A stretch of 64,000 nt of DNA from Bacteroidales bacterium UBA4814 (GCA_002402465.1 DHFW01000052.1:71971-135970), one strand, 5' to 3'; counted from the first letter of the stretch, positions 9,774-20,449 are shown. Program-made: numbers and translations. The notes: a model not told the origin generated them from the sequence alone.

Positions 9774-12752
9774 TTATTTTTCTGGTTTTAAAACGATTCC
9801 GGCTTTTTTGCTTCCATCTATCTTAACGAGAAGAGGGTCGGAGAATTTCAGATGCCTCACGAACTGATCTTCGTAAACGGCCTTTCTTTGGTTGAGAAAA
9901 TCCAGGTCGTAATGGCCTTCGCCAATAAAAGGATTAATAGTAAAATAGCCGACATTAAATGAGGTAAGGTTTTGGAAGAAATGGGTTCCCTGGCTGGGGT
10001 CGATATGGAAATCTTTCATGCCAGCTTCCACAATAATTCGTGCGGCCGATATCTGGGCCCATTTTACCGGAATGCCCAGCCAGGGATCGGCCGAGCCCCA
10101 GCGCCCGGGACCTACCAGGATGTAGTTGCGACCGTTGTTTACAAATTGGCTGTTGAGCTTGTCGATTACGGCTGCAATTTCTTTGGTATTGGCCGGGTTA
10201 AACGAATCGGGTTTAACATAAATAAAGTCGTGAATGTTTTCAATCAGCCCGTTGCCCAATGCCTGGTGACTGATAATGATGGCCTTGTCGGGGAAACAGG
10301 TATTCACCTTGATGCGATGCTTCTCCTGGGTTTCGACGATCGGTCTGATTTGCAAAAAACAAAAAGCTTTGTTTTGTCCCTGTGGCACATCCAGGTTGGC
10401 CGCAAACTCGATCTCTACCTGGTTGTTCATTTCTTTTTGCCCAATTTCGAGCAGGTGCTGAAGTATGTTTCCAAGCGGAAAAACGTTGTGCCTCAAAATG
10501 TTGGCAAAGGTTACGATCACTTTTCCTGTTTCATACAATCCATCGCGCACCATACGGTCTTCGTAATCGTAAGTAGAAGCCACGTATTTTAGTGATGCAT
10601 CCGAAACGGCTTCTTTAATTCTCAGCTTGAAAAGGTTGTCCGCATCGTCGGTGCTGGGTTTAAACTTTTCAGGGTCGAGGTTAAGGCTGTAGAATTCTTT
10701 CTGGCTGTCGCGCAGGGCAAACTCCGGGTTGGATAGCTGCAGTGTTTTTTCGGGATATTTTGGCGAAAACCTGAGAGAAAGGCCTCCTTCCACTATGGTC
10801 TTGCCCAGGCCAAAAGCAATGTTGGCCACTCCATCCTCATATCGTTCGGGCTCAATGGGATAAAAATTAACCGATCGTGCCACCCCCGAAAGGGTTGGGT
10901 AAAACTTGTTGCCATAAGAGCGGCCCGAAACTTCCTGGATGACAACGGCCATTTTTTCTTCGTCGATTACATTGCTGGTGGCCGCAATATAGGCTTTGCT
11001 TTCGCGGAAAAAAACGGAAGCATATACGCTTTTTATGGCCTGTTCGAGCTGTTGCATTCGCACCGTTTTTTCTGCGTGGTTGTTGGGAATCATGTAGGTT
11101 GAATACACACCCGCAAAAGGCTGATAATGACTGTCTTCTAGCAGGCTGCTGGAGCGTATTGCCAATGGGGCGTTAAAAAACCCTACAATATCTCTGACGT
11201 AGGATTTGAGCCTGGAAGGGGTACGCGCCTGCACAAAACGGTCCAGTATCTGCTCGTCGCTGGTATTGGAGAGGGCCAGGTCGTACAAGCTGTTTTCTTC
11301 CATGAACTCGTCGAACATATCGGTAGTAATTACTACCGTTCGCGGGATAGCTACCGTAACGCCCTTCCATTTGTACATGATTTTGTGCTTGTTGATGACC
11401 GAGTCGATAAAAGCCAGCCCGCGGGCTTTTCCGCCCAGCTGCCCATCGCCCAGGCGCGTAAACACAGCGTATTCGTCGAAGTGACTGGCAATAATGCCGC
11501 GGCCCTTCATGCGGCGGTAGTTGGCAATCGTGTCGATCAGATAGCTTCTTACCTCTTCAATGTTGTTAAAATCTTCACGACTTTTTTCGGCAAACACATT
11601 GGCAATGGAGAAAAGCGCCCGGGCTTTGAGCCAGCGCGAAAAATGGTTGTTCGATACGTGGTATTCGAGGCTTTTTGCCGGCACCCTGGCAATTTTAACC
11701 TGCAGCGAATGCAGGTTGTTGGCTCGGTCTTCCTCGCGGCCGCTGGTCGGATCCTTAAAAACAAAATCGCCAAAGCCATAGTTTTCGCGAATATATTGCT
11801 TGAGTTCTACCAGCAGGGTTTTTGAATACTTATTGATAAAGGCTACCCTGAGCTCCTGCATAATCTCTTCCTGCCAGTCGTCCGACGATTGCAGCATGAT
11901 GGGAATCTGGCTGTCGGTTTTGCGTATGTGTCGGGCAAATCTGATGCCCGCCTGGTTGTCTCTTTTCCCTTTGCGGGAATAACTGATATCGGAGATTACC
12001 CCAAGCAGGTTCTGATTGTATTTTTCATATAAGCTTACAGCTTCCTCGTATGTTTTGGCCAGCAAAATTTTTGGCCTGGCCCGCATGCGCATGGTTTTGC
12101 GGTGTTCGTTGAGGCCTTCGGTCATCAACTCGTTGGTCTGATCGAAAATGACCTTGTAGATAGTTGGAAGGTAGGATGAATAATATCTGACAGAGTCTTC
12201 TACCAGCAAAATTGCTTGTACGCCAATCACATCCACATCGAATTCGGCATTCATCCGGTCTTCGAGCAGCTTAATGATGGCCAGCAGCAGGCTTGAGTTT
12301 CCCAGCCAGGAGAACACATAGTCAATGCCACTGAGGTCTTCATTGGCCAGCTTTATCGACACCTCGCGAGAAAAATGGGTGAGCACCACAATGGGAATTT
12401 TCGGGTAGCGCTTCTTGACCTTTTTGGCCATTTCAAAAGCGTCAATTTTGCCCACGTTCAGCATAGTAATCACCAGGTCGAACTCCTTCTCTTCGAGCAA
12501 TTCAAAGGCTTCTTCGGAAGAGCTTGCTTTGGTAAACTGCGGGGGATAGCGGAGGTTTTTGGAAGTATATTCCAGGAAAATCTTTTCGTTGATACGGCCG
12601 TCTTCCTCCAGCATAAAGGCATCGTAGTTGCTGCAAATCAGCAAAACGTTAATGATGCGCTTCTGCATAAGATCTTCGTAGGCGATCTCAGAGAATTCGT
12701 AATGGTCAGTGGCAAACTGCTCGTTGTATTTATACTTCGATTTCAGCGTCAT
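9774..12752 (-). CDS. receiver-like domains + PPDK_N (PEP/pyruvate-binding, ATP-grasp-like) domain protein, paralog B
   Basis: ILLVEDSVRYYSSYLP receiver-like segment, GGKARGLAF and LAIRSSSLLEDS PPDK_N-type motifs, and a C-terminal GPGRWGSADPWLGIPV module. No phosphohistidine swivel motif was seen. Confidence 0.65.
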   Translation of the reverse strand: MTLKSKYKYNEQFATDHYEFSEIAYEDLMQKRIINVLLICSNYDAFMLEEDGRINEKIFLEYTSKNLRYPPQFTKASSSEEAFELLEEKEFDLVITMLNVGKIDAFEMAKKVKKRYPKIPIVVLTHFSREVSIKLANEDLSGIDYVFSWLGNSSLLLAIIKLLEDRMNAEFDVDVIGVQAILLVEDSVRYYSSYLPTIYKVIFDQTNELMTEGLNEHRKTMRMRARPKILLAKTYEEAVSLYEKYNQNLLGVISDISYSRKGKRDNQAGIRFARHIRKTDSQIPIMLQSSDDWQEEIMQELRVAFINKYSKTLLVELKQYIRENYGFGDFVFKDPTSGREEDRANNLHSLQVKIARVPAKSLEYHVSNNHFSRWLKARALFSIANVFAEKSREDFNNIEEVRSYLIDTIANYRRMKGRGIIASHFDEYAVFTRLGDGQLGGKARGLAFIDSVINKHKIMYKWKGVTVAIPRTVVITTDMFDEFMEENSLYDLALSNTSDEQILDRFVQARTPSRLKSYVRDIVGFFNAPLAIRSSSLLEDSHYQPFAGVYSTYMIPNNHAEKTVRMQQLEQAIKSVYASVFFRESKAYIAATSNVIDEEKMAVVIQEVSGRSYGNKFYPTLSGVARSVNFYPIEPERYEDGVANIAFGLGKTIVEGGLSLRFSPKYPEKTLQLSNPEFALRDSQKEFYSLNLDPEKFKPSTDDADNLFKLRIKEAVSDASLKYVASTYDYEDRMVRDGLYETGKVIVTFANILRHNVFPLGNILQHLLEIGQKEMNNQVEIEFAANLDVPQGQNKAFCFLQIRPIVETQEKHRIKVNTCFPDKAIIISHQALGNGLIENIHDFIYVKPDSFNPANTKEIAAVIDKLNSQFVNNGRNYILVGPGRWGSADPWLGIPVKWAQISAARIIVEAGMKDFHIDPSQGTHFFQNLTSFNVGYFTINPFIGEGHYDLDFLNQRKAVYEDQFVRHLKFSDPLLVKIDGSKKAGIVLKPEK

Positions 12753-15700
12753 AAAATTTCATTTTCTTCAGCGATATCTTCTTTTGGAAAATAAATGAGT
12801 GAGGTTCGTTTTTTGCCATCCATAATCACTTCCATAGGTTTTTCAAACTGCACATGTCTGAAAAAGCGTGTTTGCTGCTTAACGGGGGCTTGTTGCAAGG
12901 CTTCCCAGTTAACGTAATCGATCAGGTCATTGTGTTTTACGGAAAAGTAGCCCACATTCATTGATATTACATTGTGGAAGAAGTGGGAGCCCAGTGAGGC
13001 GTCAAGCGGAAAGTTTTCGAGGCTTACCTCCACGATGATTCTGGCATTTGATATTTGCGACCATACCACAGGGATGCCAATAAAGCGGTCGCGGGTGCCC
13101 CAACGCCCCGGCCCGATAAGTATGTACTTGCGGTTTTCCTTAACCATTTGCTGGTTGAGCATTTCAATTTCATCGCGCATCTTTTCGGTTTTCAGGCGGT
13201 CGAAATGTTGCACATCCACATAAATTACATCATAGAGGTCAGTTATGCGGCCATTGCCCATGCCGTTTTCTGAATAGAGCATCAGACGGTCGTTTTCAAT
13301 CTTGTCAATGGAAATTTCGCTTTCGATAATATTTTTAATCAGGGGTTTGATCTGCAGCAAATAGAAAGCGGCCCGTCCCTGCTTATCTTTGTTGAGGTCG
13401 ACGGCAAATTCAATCTCTACGGGTGTTCCCATCGATTCCGAAACAATATCGAGAATCACTTCAATGGTTTTTGCCAGAGGTATGTAATCGTACTTCAGAA
13501 TGTTGGCAAAATTGATAACTCGGGGCCCGGGCTGGGTGATGCCAGGAATGGTTCGCTCGTTTGAAATATCGAATACCGAAGCACAGTGCTTCAGGGTGCC
13601 ATGGGCCTCGGCTTTGTCAATTTCAAGTTTTATCAGGCCCGCATCTTCGCCTTCGAGCAGGTTGATGTTCTGTTTGTTCATGTCGATGGCATAAAAATGC
13701 ACCTGTGAATTTTTAAACAGATCGCGCGGGGTATAGATCTCCAGTTGGGGATGAACCGGCGAAAAGCGATAGGTTTTCTCACCTTCAACCACATATTTTC
13801 CGAGCCCTACGGCGGCTACGGCAAAGCCTTCGTCGGGCTGCATGTAAGAAAATGGGTAAAAGTTGTACGATTGAGCCACGCCGCTGATGTGGGGATAAAA
13901 ATATCCTTCGTACTCGTTGCCCGCCACCTCCTGAATGATCACGGCCATTTTTTCTTCTTCAATTTTGTAGTTCACAGCTTGGAAATAGGCCGAAGCAGTA
14001 GGGGAGAAGATGGAGGCAAACACCAGTTTTATGGCGTTCATGGTTTGTTCGAGCCTCACCTTCAGGTCGGGATGGTTGTTGGGCAGCAAAAAAGTGTCGA
14101 AAATTCCCGCAAAGGGTTGCATTAAAGAATCTTCAAAAAGGCTGGACGACCTGATGGCCAGCGGCCGGTGAATGATGGAAAGGTAAGTTTTCAGCCTGCG
14201 CTGAAGGGTGTCAGAAAGTTTTCCGGCCACGAAAATTTCTTTCAGGGTTTCGTAGGCGGTTTCGTGGGTTATCTTTTCGGCAATATTATTGTTTAGCAGA
14301 AAGCGTTCAAACTCTTCGGTGCCAATAATGGTGGTTCGGGGCGAAAGGACGCGGATATCGGGCACCAGCTCGGCAAAATTAAAATTGTTGATGAGCATGT
14401 TGATAAAGGCCAAGCCTCGTCCTTTACCTCCCAGTGACCCGCTTGCCATGCTCACGATATTGGTTTCGTCGAGCAGGGCCGATTCTTCAAAGTTGATTAC
14501 CTTGCCTTTTTGCTTGTCGCGAATACATTCTTCTATTACCTGCAAGAGGAACTTGCGCAGGCTGCCGGGCGATTGAAAATCGTCGACTTTCAATGGTTTA
14601 ATACGTTTGGCAATCTGAATTTCGCCGCGTGCCATGAGCCAGTGCGAGAAGTGGTTCTTACGGGCATGGTAAATCAACGATTTTTCCGGAATGGTGCTTA
14701 AATGGTTCTGGAACTCTTTCATGGAGCGGGCAATGGCGATGTCCTTGCGCCCTTCTTCGTCTTTGTAAACAAAATTGCCAAAGCCCAGGTAGTAGTTGAT
14801 GAAACTTTGGAGGTCCTGCTTCAGGTTCTCGGAGTTTTTGTTGATGAAGGTGGCTTTCAGTTCGTAGGCTTTTTGAGCATTGGCGGGGTCGGACGATTGC
14901 AGCACCGTGGGCAAGTCTGGTATCTGTTCCTTGGCATATTTTATCAGGCAAATGCCTGCATCGTCAGTGTAATTGCCGTCCTTTTCAAACCGGGCATCTG
15001 AAATAATGCAAAGCAGGTTATCCTGGAATTTATTGAACAGCTGCACCGCTTCCTTGTAGTTTGATGCCAGCAAAACCTTGGGCCTTACACGCATCTTCAG
15101 CAATTTATAAAGTTCATCGGTATTTACTTCTTCTATCAGCTGCTGGGTCTGCTCAATGACGATGGAATAAAGAATGGGCAGGTAGCGTGAATAATAGCGT
15201 GCAGAATCTTCCACCAGCAGAATGACTCTAACCATCCCAATCCGAATGTCATTTTCTACATTAAAGCGGTCTTCGTTGTATTTTACCATGGCCAGGAAAA
15301 CCTTGGAGTCGCCGTTCCAAACAAAAATTTTGTCGATGGGGGCAATTTGCTTGTTGCCACCTTCAAACATGGCAATGTCGCTGTTGTTGTTTAGGAGCAG
15401 GAAAATGGGAGTGCTGGGATAAATTTGCTTAATGATCCGGCTCAATTGAATCGGGGTTGTTTTGTCAACACCCATCATCACAATAACCAGGTCGAAATGT
15501 TTTTCCTGCAGTTTTTCCAGTGCTTCCTCAGGAGTGGAAACGCCAGTAATGCGCGGGGCTGAAGAGAGGTTGAGTTGGTAGTATTCTCCGGTAACCTGTT
15601 CAAAAAAACGGCCTTCCTGTTCAATGTTGTAGGCATCGTACAGGTTGGCAACCAGCAAAATTTCGCGCACCTTGTATTGCATCAGGTCGTGGTAGATGTC

Positions 15701-16426
15701 GCGGTCGGAGTTGTGCTTTATTAAAAACTTTTGCAGCAGGTGGCGGTTCTTGGCTGCATGTTCCTGCTCTTTGCGCGACTGGGTAGCCTCCTGCAGGTCC
15801 GCCGCCGACTTTTTAAGAAGATTTTTTCCGATCTGAGTATTGAGATGGCCGGTAATGAGGTTGGCAATGTTGCTGATGAGCTGACGCTCTTCCATCAGAA
15901 AGGGGCCTTCGTCCGACGGTGTATGCTCAGTCAGGTAAAACACCTCCACCGATCCTTCGTGCCCATCGATGGTTTCGAACGAGCGGCGCTGCGACCAGCG
16001 GCTTTCGCGAAAGCGATTGCTGCTAAGAAAAACTTCGTTGCCGTATTTTATCCTAGCCACCGCATCTTCCGGAAACTGCCAGGCCGGCGGAAGCACCCTA
16101 ACAATTTCCCGCAACATCTCATTTGCCGGCTTCTCTTCCTTTAGAATGGAAACGGTCTGGTTTATGGCTCCCAGCTCTTTTAGTCGCTCACGCTTCTCGG
16201 CCAGCAAACGCTGTATCTCTTCATGGCTAATGGGAATAGCCTGCTGGCTGCCGCGCGAGAAAAACCCCGACTCCCTGTTGGTACCCGAATCTTCGTCTTT
16301 TTGCATTTTGCAGCAGATTGATTGCTTTTTAATGGCAGCAATAATAAAAATTTCGTGCAATGAAATTACAAAATTACCATCATAAATAGTTTTCTTTTCG
16401 CAAGCCTTATTGTTAAAATATTCCAT
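12749..16426 (-). CDS. receiver-like domains + PPDK_N domain protein with extra N-terminal region, paralog A (start codon uncertain)
   Basis: Same architecture as paralog B (ILLVEDSARYYSRYLP, GGKGRGLAF, LAIRSSSLFEDS, GPGRWGTRDRFIGIPV). Its stop overlaps the paralog B start as ATGA (12749-12752). Confidence 0.65.
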   Translation of the reverse strand: MEYFNNKACEKKTIYDGNFVISLHEIFIIAAIKKQSICCKMQKDEDSGTNRESGFFSRGSQQAIPISHEEIQRLLAEKRERLKELGAINQTVSILKEEKPANEMLREIVRVLPPAWQFPEDAVARIKYGNEVFLSSNRFRESRWSQRRSFETIDGHEGSVEVFYLTEHTPSDEGPFLMEERQLISNIANLITGHLNTQIGKNLLKKSAADLQEATQSRKEQEHAAKNRHLLQKFLIKHNSDRDIYHDLMQYKVREILLVANLYDAYNIEQEGRFFEQVTGEYYQLNLSSAPRITGVSTPEEALEKLQEKHFDLVIVMMGVDKTTPIQLSRIIKQIYPSTPIFLLLNNNSDIAMFEGGNKQIAPIDKIFVWNGDSKVFLAMVKYNEDRFNVENDIRIGMVRVILLVEDSARYYSRYLPILYSIVIEQTQQLIEEVNTDELYKLLKMRVRPKVLLASNYKEAVQLFNKFQDNLLCIISDARFEKDGNYTDDAGICLIKYAKEQIPDLPTVLQSSDPANAQKAYELKATFINKNSENLKQDLQSFINYYLGFGNFVYKDEEGRKDIAIARSMKEFQNHLSTIPEKSLIYHARKNHFSHWLMARGEIQIAKRIKPLKVDDFQSPGSLRKFLLQVIEECIRDKQKGKVINFEESALLDETNIVSMASGSLGGKGRGLAFINMLINNFNFAELVPDIRVLSPRTTIIGTEEFERFLLNNNIAEKITHETAYETLKEIFVAGKLSDTLQRRLKTYLSIIHRPLAIRSSSLFEDSLMQPFAGIFDTFLLPNNHPDLKVRLEQTMNAIKLVFASIFSPTASAYFQAVNYKIEEEKMAVIIQEVAGNEYEGYFYPHISGVAQSYNFYPFSYMQPDEGFAVAAVGLGKYVVEGEKTYRFSPVHPQLEIYTPRDLFKNSQVHFYAIDMNKQNINLLEGEDAGLIKLEIDKAEAHGTLKHCASVFDISNERTIPGITQPGPRVINFANILKYDYIPLAKTIEVILDIVSESMGTPVEIEFAVDLNKDKQGRAAFYLLQIKPLIKNIIESEISIDKIENDRLMLYSENGMGNGRITDLYDVIYVDVQHFDRLKTEKMRDEIEMLNQQMVKENRKYILIGPGRWGTRDRFIGIPVVWSQISNARIIVEVSLENFPLDASLGSHFFHNVISMNVGYFSVKHNDLIDYVNWEALQQAPVKQQTRFFRHVQFEKPMEVIMDGKKRTSLIYFPKEDIAEENEIL

Positions 16427-16556
16427 ATAAAAATTATTGACATATGCAAGAAAAAAATAAAAAAAATATGTTTTCCATAAAAATATTATTCATTTCAAAA
16501 AGTGACTAAAATTGTTTCGTGAACGATATTTTCTTATAACCCAAAAACCAAACCTC

Positions 16557-17900
16557 ATGGAAGCACAATTGAAAAAATTTATGGATTATGTGGTGGCCAA
16601 AAATCCTTCGGAGCCAGAGTTTTACCAGGCTGTTCAGGAAGTGGCCGAAACCATTTTCCCGTTTCTGGACGAAAATCCCAAGTACAAGGCCGCCAAAGTC
16701 TTTGAACGCATGATCGAGCCCGAGCGGATCATTATCTTCAGGGTGCCGTGGGTCGACGACAAGGGCGAGGTGCAGGTCAACCGCGGCTACCGCATCGAAA
16801 TGAACAGCGCTATAGGTCCCTATAAGGGCGGGTTGCGGTTTCACCCCACCGTCAATCTGGGTATTTTGAAGTTCCTGGCTTTTGAGCAGGTGTTTAAAAA
16901 CAGCCTTACCTCGCTGCCTATGGGGGGTGGCAAAGGTGGCAGCGACTTCGACCCCAAAGGCAAAACCGACAATGAAGTGATGCGGTTTTGCCAGAGCTTT
17001 ATGACTGAACTTTGCCGCCACATTGGCCCCGACACCGATGTTCCGGCAGGCGACATTGGCGTGGGTGGACGCGAAGTGGGTTTTATGTTTGGACAATACA
17101 AACGCATCCGCAATGAGTTTACCGGGGTGCTAACCGGAAAGGGCATTGAGTATGGCGGAAGCCTCATAAGGCCCGAAGCTACAGGTTATGGCTGTGTATA
17201 TTTTGCCCAGGAAATGCTGGCCACCATTAACGAGGGCATTAAGGGCAAGGTGGTGGCAGTGAGCGGATCAGGCAATGTGGCCCAATTTGCCACTCAGAAA
17301 GTAATTGAATTGGGCGGGAAAGTGGTAACCCTTTCCGATTCAAATGGTTACATCTACGATAAAGATGGCATTGACGCCGAAAAGCTGGCCTTTGTGATGA
17401 ACCTTAAAAATGTAAAACGTGGCCGTATTCGCGATTATGCCGATCAGTATGGCTGTAAATACATGGAAGGCAGTTCACGCCCCTGGAACGAGGTTTGCGA
17501 TATTGCCCTGCCTTGCGCCACGGAAAACGAACTGAATGAAGAGGAAGCTAATACCTTGGTAAAGAATGGCTGCATTTGTGTGTCGGAAGGAGCCAATATG
17601 CCCTGTACCCCTGCAGCCGTGGAAGTGTTCCTGAAAAACAAAATCCTTTATGGACCCGGGAAAGCAGCCAACGCAGGCGGGGTGGCCACCTCAGGCCTCG
17701 AAATGAGTCAAAATTCACTGAGGCTTTCCTGGACACGCGAAGAGGTAGATCAGCGTTTGCACAATATTATGATAAACATTCACAAAAGTTGTGTGCAGTT
17801 TGGTAAGGAAGAAGATGGGTATGTGAATTATGTAAAAGGCGCCAATATTGGCGGCTTTGTGAAGGTGGCCGATGCCATGATGGCACAGGGTTACGTGTAA
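16557..17900 (+). CDS. glutamate dehydrogenase (copy 2)
   Basis: KGGLRFHP and LPMGGGKGGSDFDPKGKT motifs. I chose the start at MEAQLKKF (ATG 16557) over the upstream 16512 start. Confidence 0.9.
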   Translation: MEAQLKKFMDYVVAKNPSEPEFYQAVQEVAETIFPFLDENPKYKAAKVFERMIEPERIIIFRVPWVDDKGEVQVNRGYRIEMNSAIGPYKGGLRFHPTVNLGILKFLAFEQVFKNSLTSLPMGGGKGGSDFDPKGKTDNEVMRFCQSFMTELCRHIGPDTDVPAGDIGVGGREVGFMFGQYKRIRNEFTGVLTGKGIEYGGSLIRPEATGYGCVYFAQEMLATINEGIKGKVVAVSGSGNVAQFATQKVIELGGKVVTLSDSNGYIYDKDGIDAEKLAFVMNLKNVKRGRIRDYADQYGCKYMEGSSRPWNEVCDIALPCATENELNEEEANTLVKNGCICVSEGANMPCTPAAVEVFLKNKILYGPGKAANAGGVATSGLEMSQNSLRLSWTREEVDQRLHNIMINIHKSCVQFGKEEDGYVNYVKGANIGGFVKVADAMMAQGYV

Positions 17901-17922
17901 ATGGTTGAAGTTGGTTTCCACA

Positions 17923-17951
17923 AGAAAGGGGCCTCGGCCTCTTTCTTTTTT
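17923..17951. terminator. bidirectional terminator between gdh copy 2 and wecB
   Basis: Stem agaaaggggcc/ggcctctttct followed by a T-run. Confidence 0.7.
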
Positions 17952-19030
17952 TACAATTCGGTCTGCTGAAAGGCATCGGCAATCATTCCGGCCGCATTGC
18001 CTATGCCATAGAGGCCGGCATTGAATTTGGGCATTGAGTTAGAAAACCGCTGAAATGCCGCGTAAATATTCTTCTTGCTGCTTCCCGCCACAATGTTGTA
18101 GCCGGCTTCTGCCAGTTCTGTCCATTCGGTTTCGTTGCGAAGTGTAATGCATGGCCTTTCGGCAAAATAGGCTTCTTTTTGCAGGCCGCCGCTGTCGGTG
18201 AGCACCATTTGGCACTTCTCCAGTAGGTAGAGAATTTCCAGATAGCTGACGGGCTCAGACACCGTAATGTTTTTGTGCATGGCAGGGAGTTTGCTGTGGT
18301 TCAGGACTTTAAAGGTGCGTGGATGAACCGGAAGTACCAGTGGCAATTGAACGGCTATCTGGTTAAGTGCTTCCACTATTTGCTTCAAGGTGGCGGGCTG
18401 GTCGGTGTTTTCGGCCCGGTGGAGGGTTACCAGACCGAATTTCTTTGGCAGTTTCAGGTTTTTGGGTGCTTTTCGCAAATCAGAAAAGTGCAGGTAGGCA
18501 TCGTACATTACATCGCCGGTAAGCAGCACCCTGCTTTCGAAGTGTTCGAAACCCTCGCGGTCCAGGTTCTCGAGGGCCGTTTGGGTAGGACAGAAGAGCA
18601 AGTCGGCAATGCGGTCGGTCAGGATACGGTTGATTTCTTCGGGCATACTCATGTTGAACGATCGCAGGCCCGCTTCCACATGGGCAACCGGAAGGCCTAT
18701 TTTCTTTGCAGCCAATGCACCGGCCAGGGTAGAGTTGGTGTCGCCATAAACCATTACCCAGTCAGGGTCTTCGCGCAGCATCACCTCCTCGGCCCGCTCA
18801 AGCATTCGGCCCGTCATAGCCCCGTGCGGAAGGCTGTGTATGCCCAAGTTGTAAGCTGGTGCAGGAATCTGCATTTGTTCAAAAAACACCTGGCTCATGT
18901 TGTGGTCGAAGTGCTGTCCCGTATGGACGATCACTTCCCGCAGTCCTTCCCTTCGCGCAATTTCACGGCTTACGGCTGCTGCCTTAATAAATTGCGGGCG
19001 CGCTCCGATTATCGTTAATATTTTTTTCAT
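17951..19030 (-). CDS. wecB: UDP-N-acetylglucosamine 2-epimerase (non-hydrolysing)
   Basis: The 359-aa protein starts MKKILTIIGARPQFIK and has HTGQHFD, GDTNSTLAGAL and HVEAGLRS motifs. Confidence 0.9.
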   Translation of the reverse strand: MKKILTIIGARPQFIKAAAVSREIARREGLREVIVHTGQHFDHNMSQVFFEQMQIPAPAYNLGIHSLPHGAMTGRMLERAEEVMLREDPDWVMVYGDTNSTLAGALAAKKIGLPVAHVEAGLRSFNMSMPEEINRILTDRIADLLFCPTQTALENLDREGFEHFESRVLLTGDVMYDAYLHFSDLRKAPKNLKLPKKFGLVTLHRAENTDQPATLKQIVEALNQIAVQLPLVLPVHPRTFKVLNHSKLPAMHKNITVSEPVSYLEILYLLEKCQMVLTDSGGLQKEAYFAERPCITLRNETEWTELAEAGYNIVAGSSKKNIYAAFQRFSNSMPKFNAGLYGIGNAAGMIADAFQQTEL

Positions 19031-19064
19031 TTCAATAATGTGTGAGATGATCTGATAATAGTTA

Positions 19065-20351
19065 TTAAGATTGTTCTTTTAAAGGGTGATCTTCCCAATC
19101 CCGGTGGTATTTTTTTACAATACCATTAATCAGAATGAGGTTGATGACATATGCCACCACTTCGACTGCTGCCAGTATGGCAATGAACTGCATCACGGGC
19201 AAGTTTCGGAAAAAAACCAGGGAGCAAACCAATAAAAAATAAGTGATTTGCCAGGCAGCCTGGGTTTTTAACTTTCGCAGGCCCACATAAACCATGGTGA
19301 GCGGCGAAACGGCCATGCGGGCCAGGGTGCTCCAGACTAAAATCTGGGCATAGTGGCCCGATTCGGTATAGGGTGCTCCGGCATACCAGCCGAGAAGTTT
19401 GGGCCCCCAAAAGGTAAGAATAAGAGCAAATGCCAATCCCAAAATACTCAGGACGCCCAGCAGTTGCCTGTATTCGCGCAAAAAGGACTCGCCCTTACGT
19501 TTTTTCTCCGAAACCTCCTGCAGAAAAACCTGCCCCACGCTCATGGTGAGCAGGGCCGAGGGTACCACAAGTACCAGCCGGGTGAGGTCGAAATACCCCG
19601 CCACCTCCTGGCTGTAAAACTTGTTGATAAAAACAGTGGGAATCATAAGGCAAAACACATTGAGCGTCATCGGCAACATACTGTAAAGGGGATAGTCGGC
19701 ATACTGCTTCACCAGTTTTTTTTGCAACGCCCATGAATGCATGGTTGCCTTAAAATTGGCTCGCCGTAGTTGCAGCAAGGCGCTCACAACATTTGCCAGG
19801 TGTCCGAAAACATCGCCAACCACAAGCCCTGCCGGCCAGCGCAACTGTCCTAATCCGAGCTGAACTCCGCCTTCGGCCACCCGCCTCACGCCCTTGTTGA
19901 CCGAAATGGCCCTGAACCTCTTTTTTCGGATCAGGTAATAGTTCATGGTTTGGTAGGTTCCGAGCATAAACACGCTGGCAGGCAAGAAAAGCAACCACCA
20001 GGCGTGGGTTTGGCTGATGTTGAGAAACGATGCCAGGTTATCCCTGAAATGAGACACAATAAGCAAAAGCAAAATGCTGAAAATCAGGTTGAAGTAAAAG
20101 GCAACGAAAAACAAATTAACGGCTTCTGGTTTCTTTTCGGGTTGAACTATGGCGGGCTCGTAGCGGAGGGTCGAGAGGGTTACCAGGATGCTGACCATGC
20201 TGAGGTAAACGGCATAGGCTCCAAACTCCTCGGGGGTGTAAAGTCTGCGCAGAAATGGCTGCAGCAGAATTGCCACCAGCTGGGCAGCGGCAGTTCCGGT
20301 AAAAAGGGTGAGGATACCTGAAAATAGCGACTTGTTGAGCCGGAGCTTCAT
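19065..20351 (-). CDS. polysaccharide/oligosaccharide flippase (Wzx/MOP superfamily)
   Basis: A 428-aa polytopic membrane protein next to wecB. Confidence 0.65.
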   Translation of the reverse strand: MKLRLNKSLFSGILTLFTGTAAAQLVAILLQPFLRRLYTPEEFGAYAVYLSMVSILVTLSTLRYEPAIVQPEKKPEAVNLFFVAFYFNLIFSILLLLIVSHFRDNLASFLNISQTHAWWLLFLPASVFMLGTYQTMNYYLIRKKRFRAISVNKGVRRVAEGGVQLGLGQLRWPAGLVVGDVFGHLANVVSALLQLRRANFKATMHSWALQKKLVKQYADYPLYSMLPMTLNVFCLMIPTVFINKFYSQEVAGYFDLTRLVLVVPSALLTMSVGQVFLQEVSEKKRKGESFLREYRQLLGVLSILGLAFALILTFWGPKLLGWYAGAPYTESGHYAQILVWSTLARMAVSPLTMVYVGLRKLKTQAAWQITYFLLVCSLVFFRNLPVMQFIAILAAVEVVAYVINLILINGIVKKYHRDWEDHPLKEQS

Positions 20352-20449
20352 CGGGTTTTCCCTGTTAAAAGGCTTTCACGCAAAGGTAGTTGATTTTGCG
20401 AATGAGCTTATATCGTCTTTTTGCCTTAAATTTATCAAAAAATTACCTT

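Noticed and set aside
16427-16556. Explicit Bacteroidetes -7 (TAnnTTTG) promoter calls here and at 40310-40428 and 34220-34299.
   Set aside because: I could not find exact matches by eye, and near-matches in AT-rich DNA are not convincing without a scoring model.
9105-17096. Antisense ORFs inside both gdh genes (9105..9656 + and 16506..17096 -) that resemble each other (HANVACGNVGV... versus HANVACRNIGV...).
   Set aside because: The similarity follows from the sense-strand gdh paralogy. There is no independent coding signal.
18275-19018. A 247-aa ORF antisense to wecB.
   Set aside because: It is a shadow ORF. wecB on the minus strand is full length and motif-rich.
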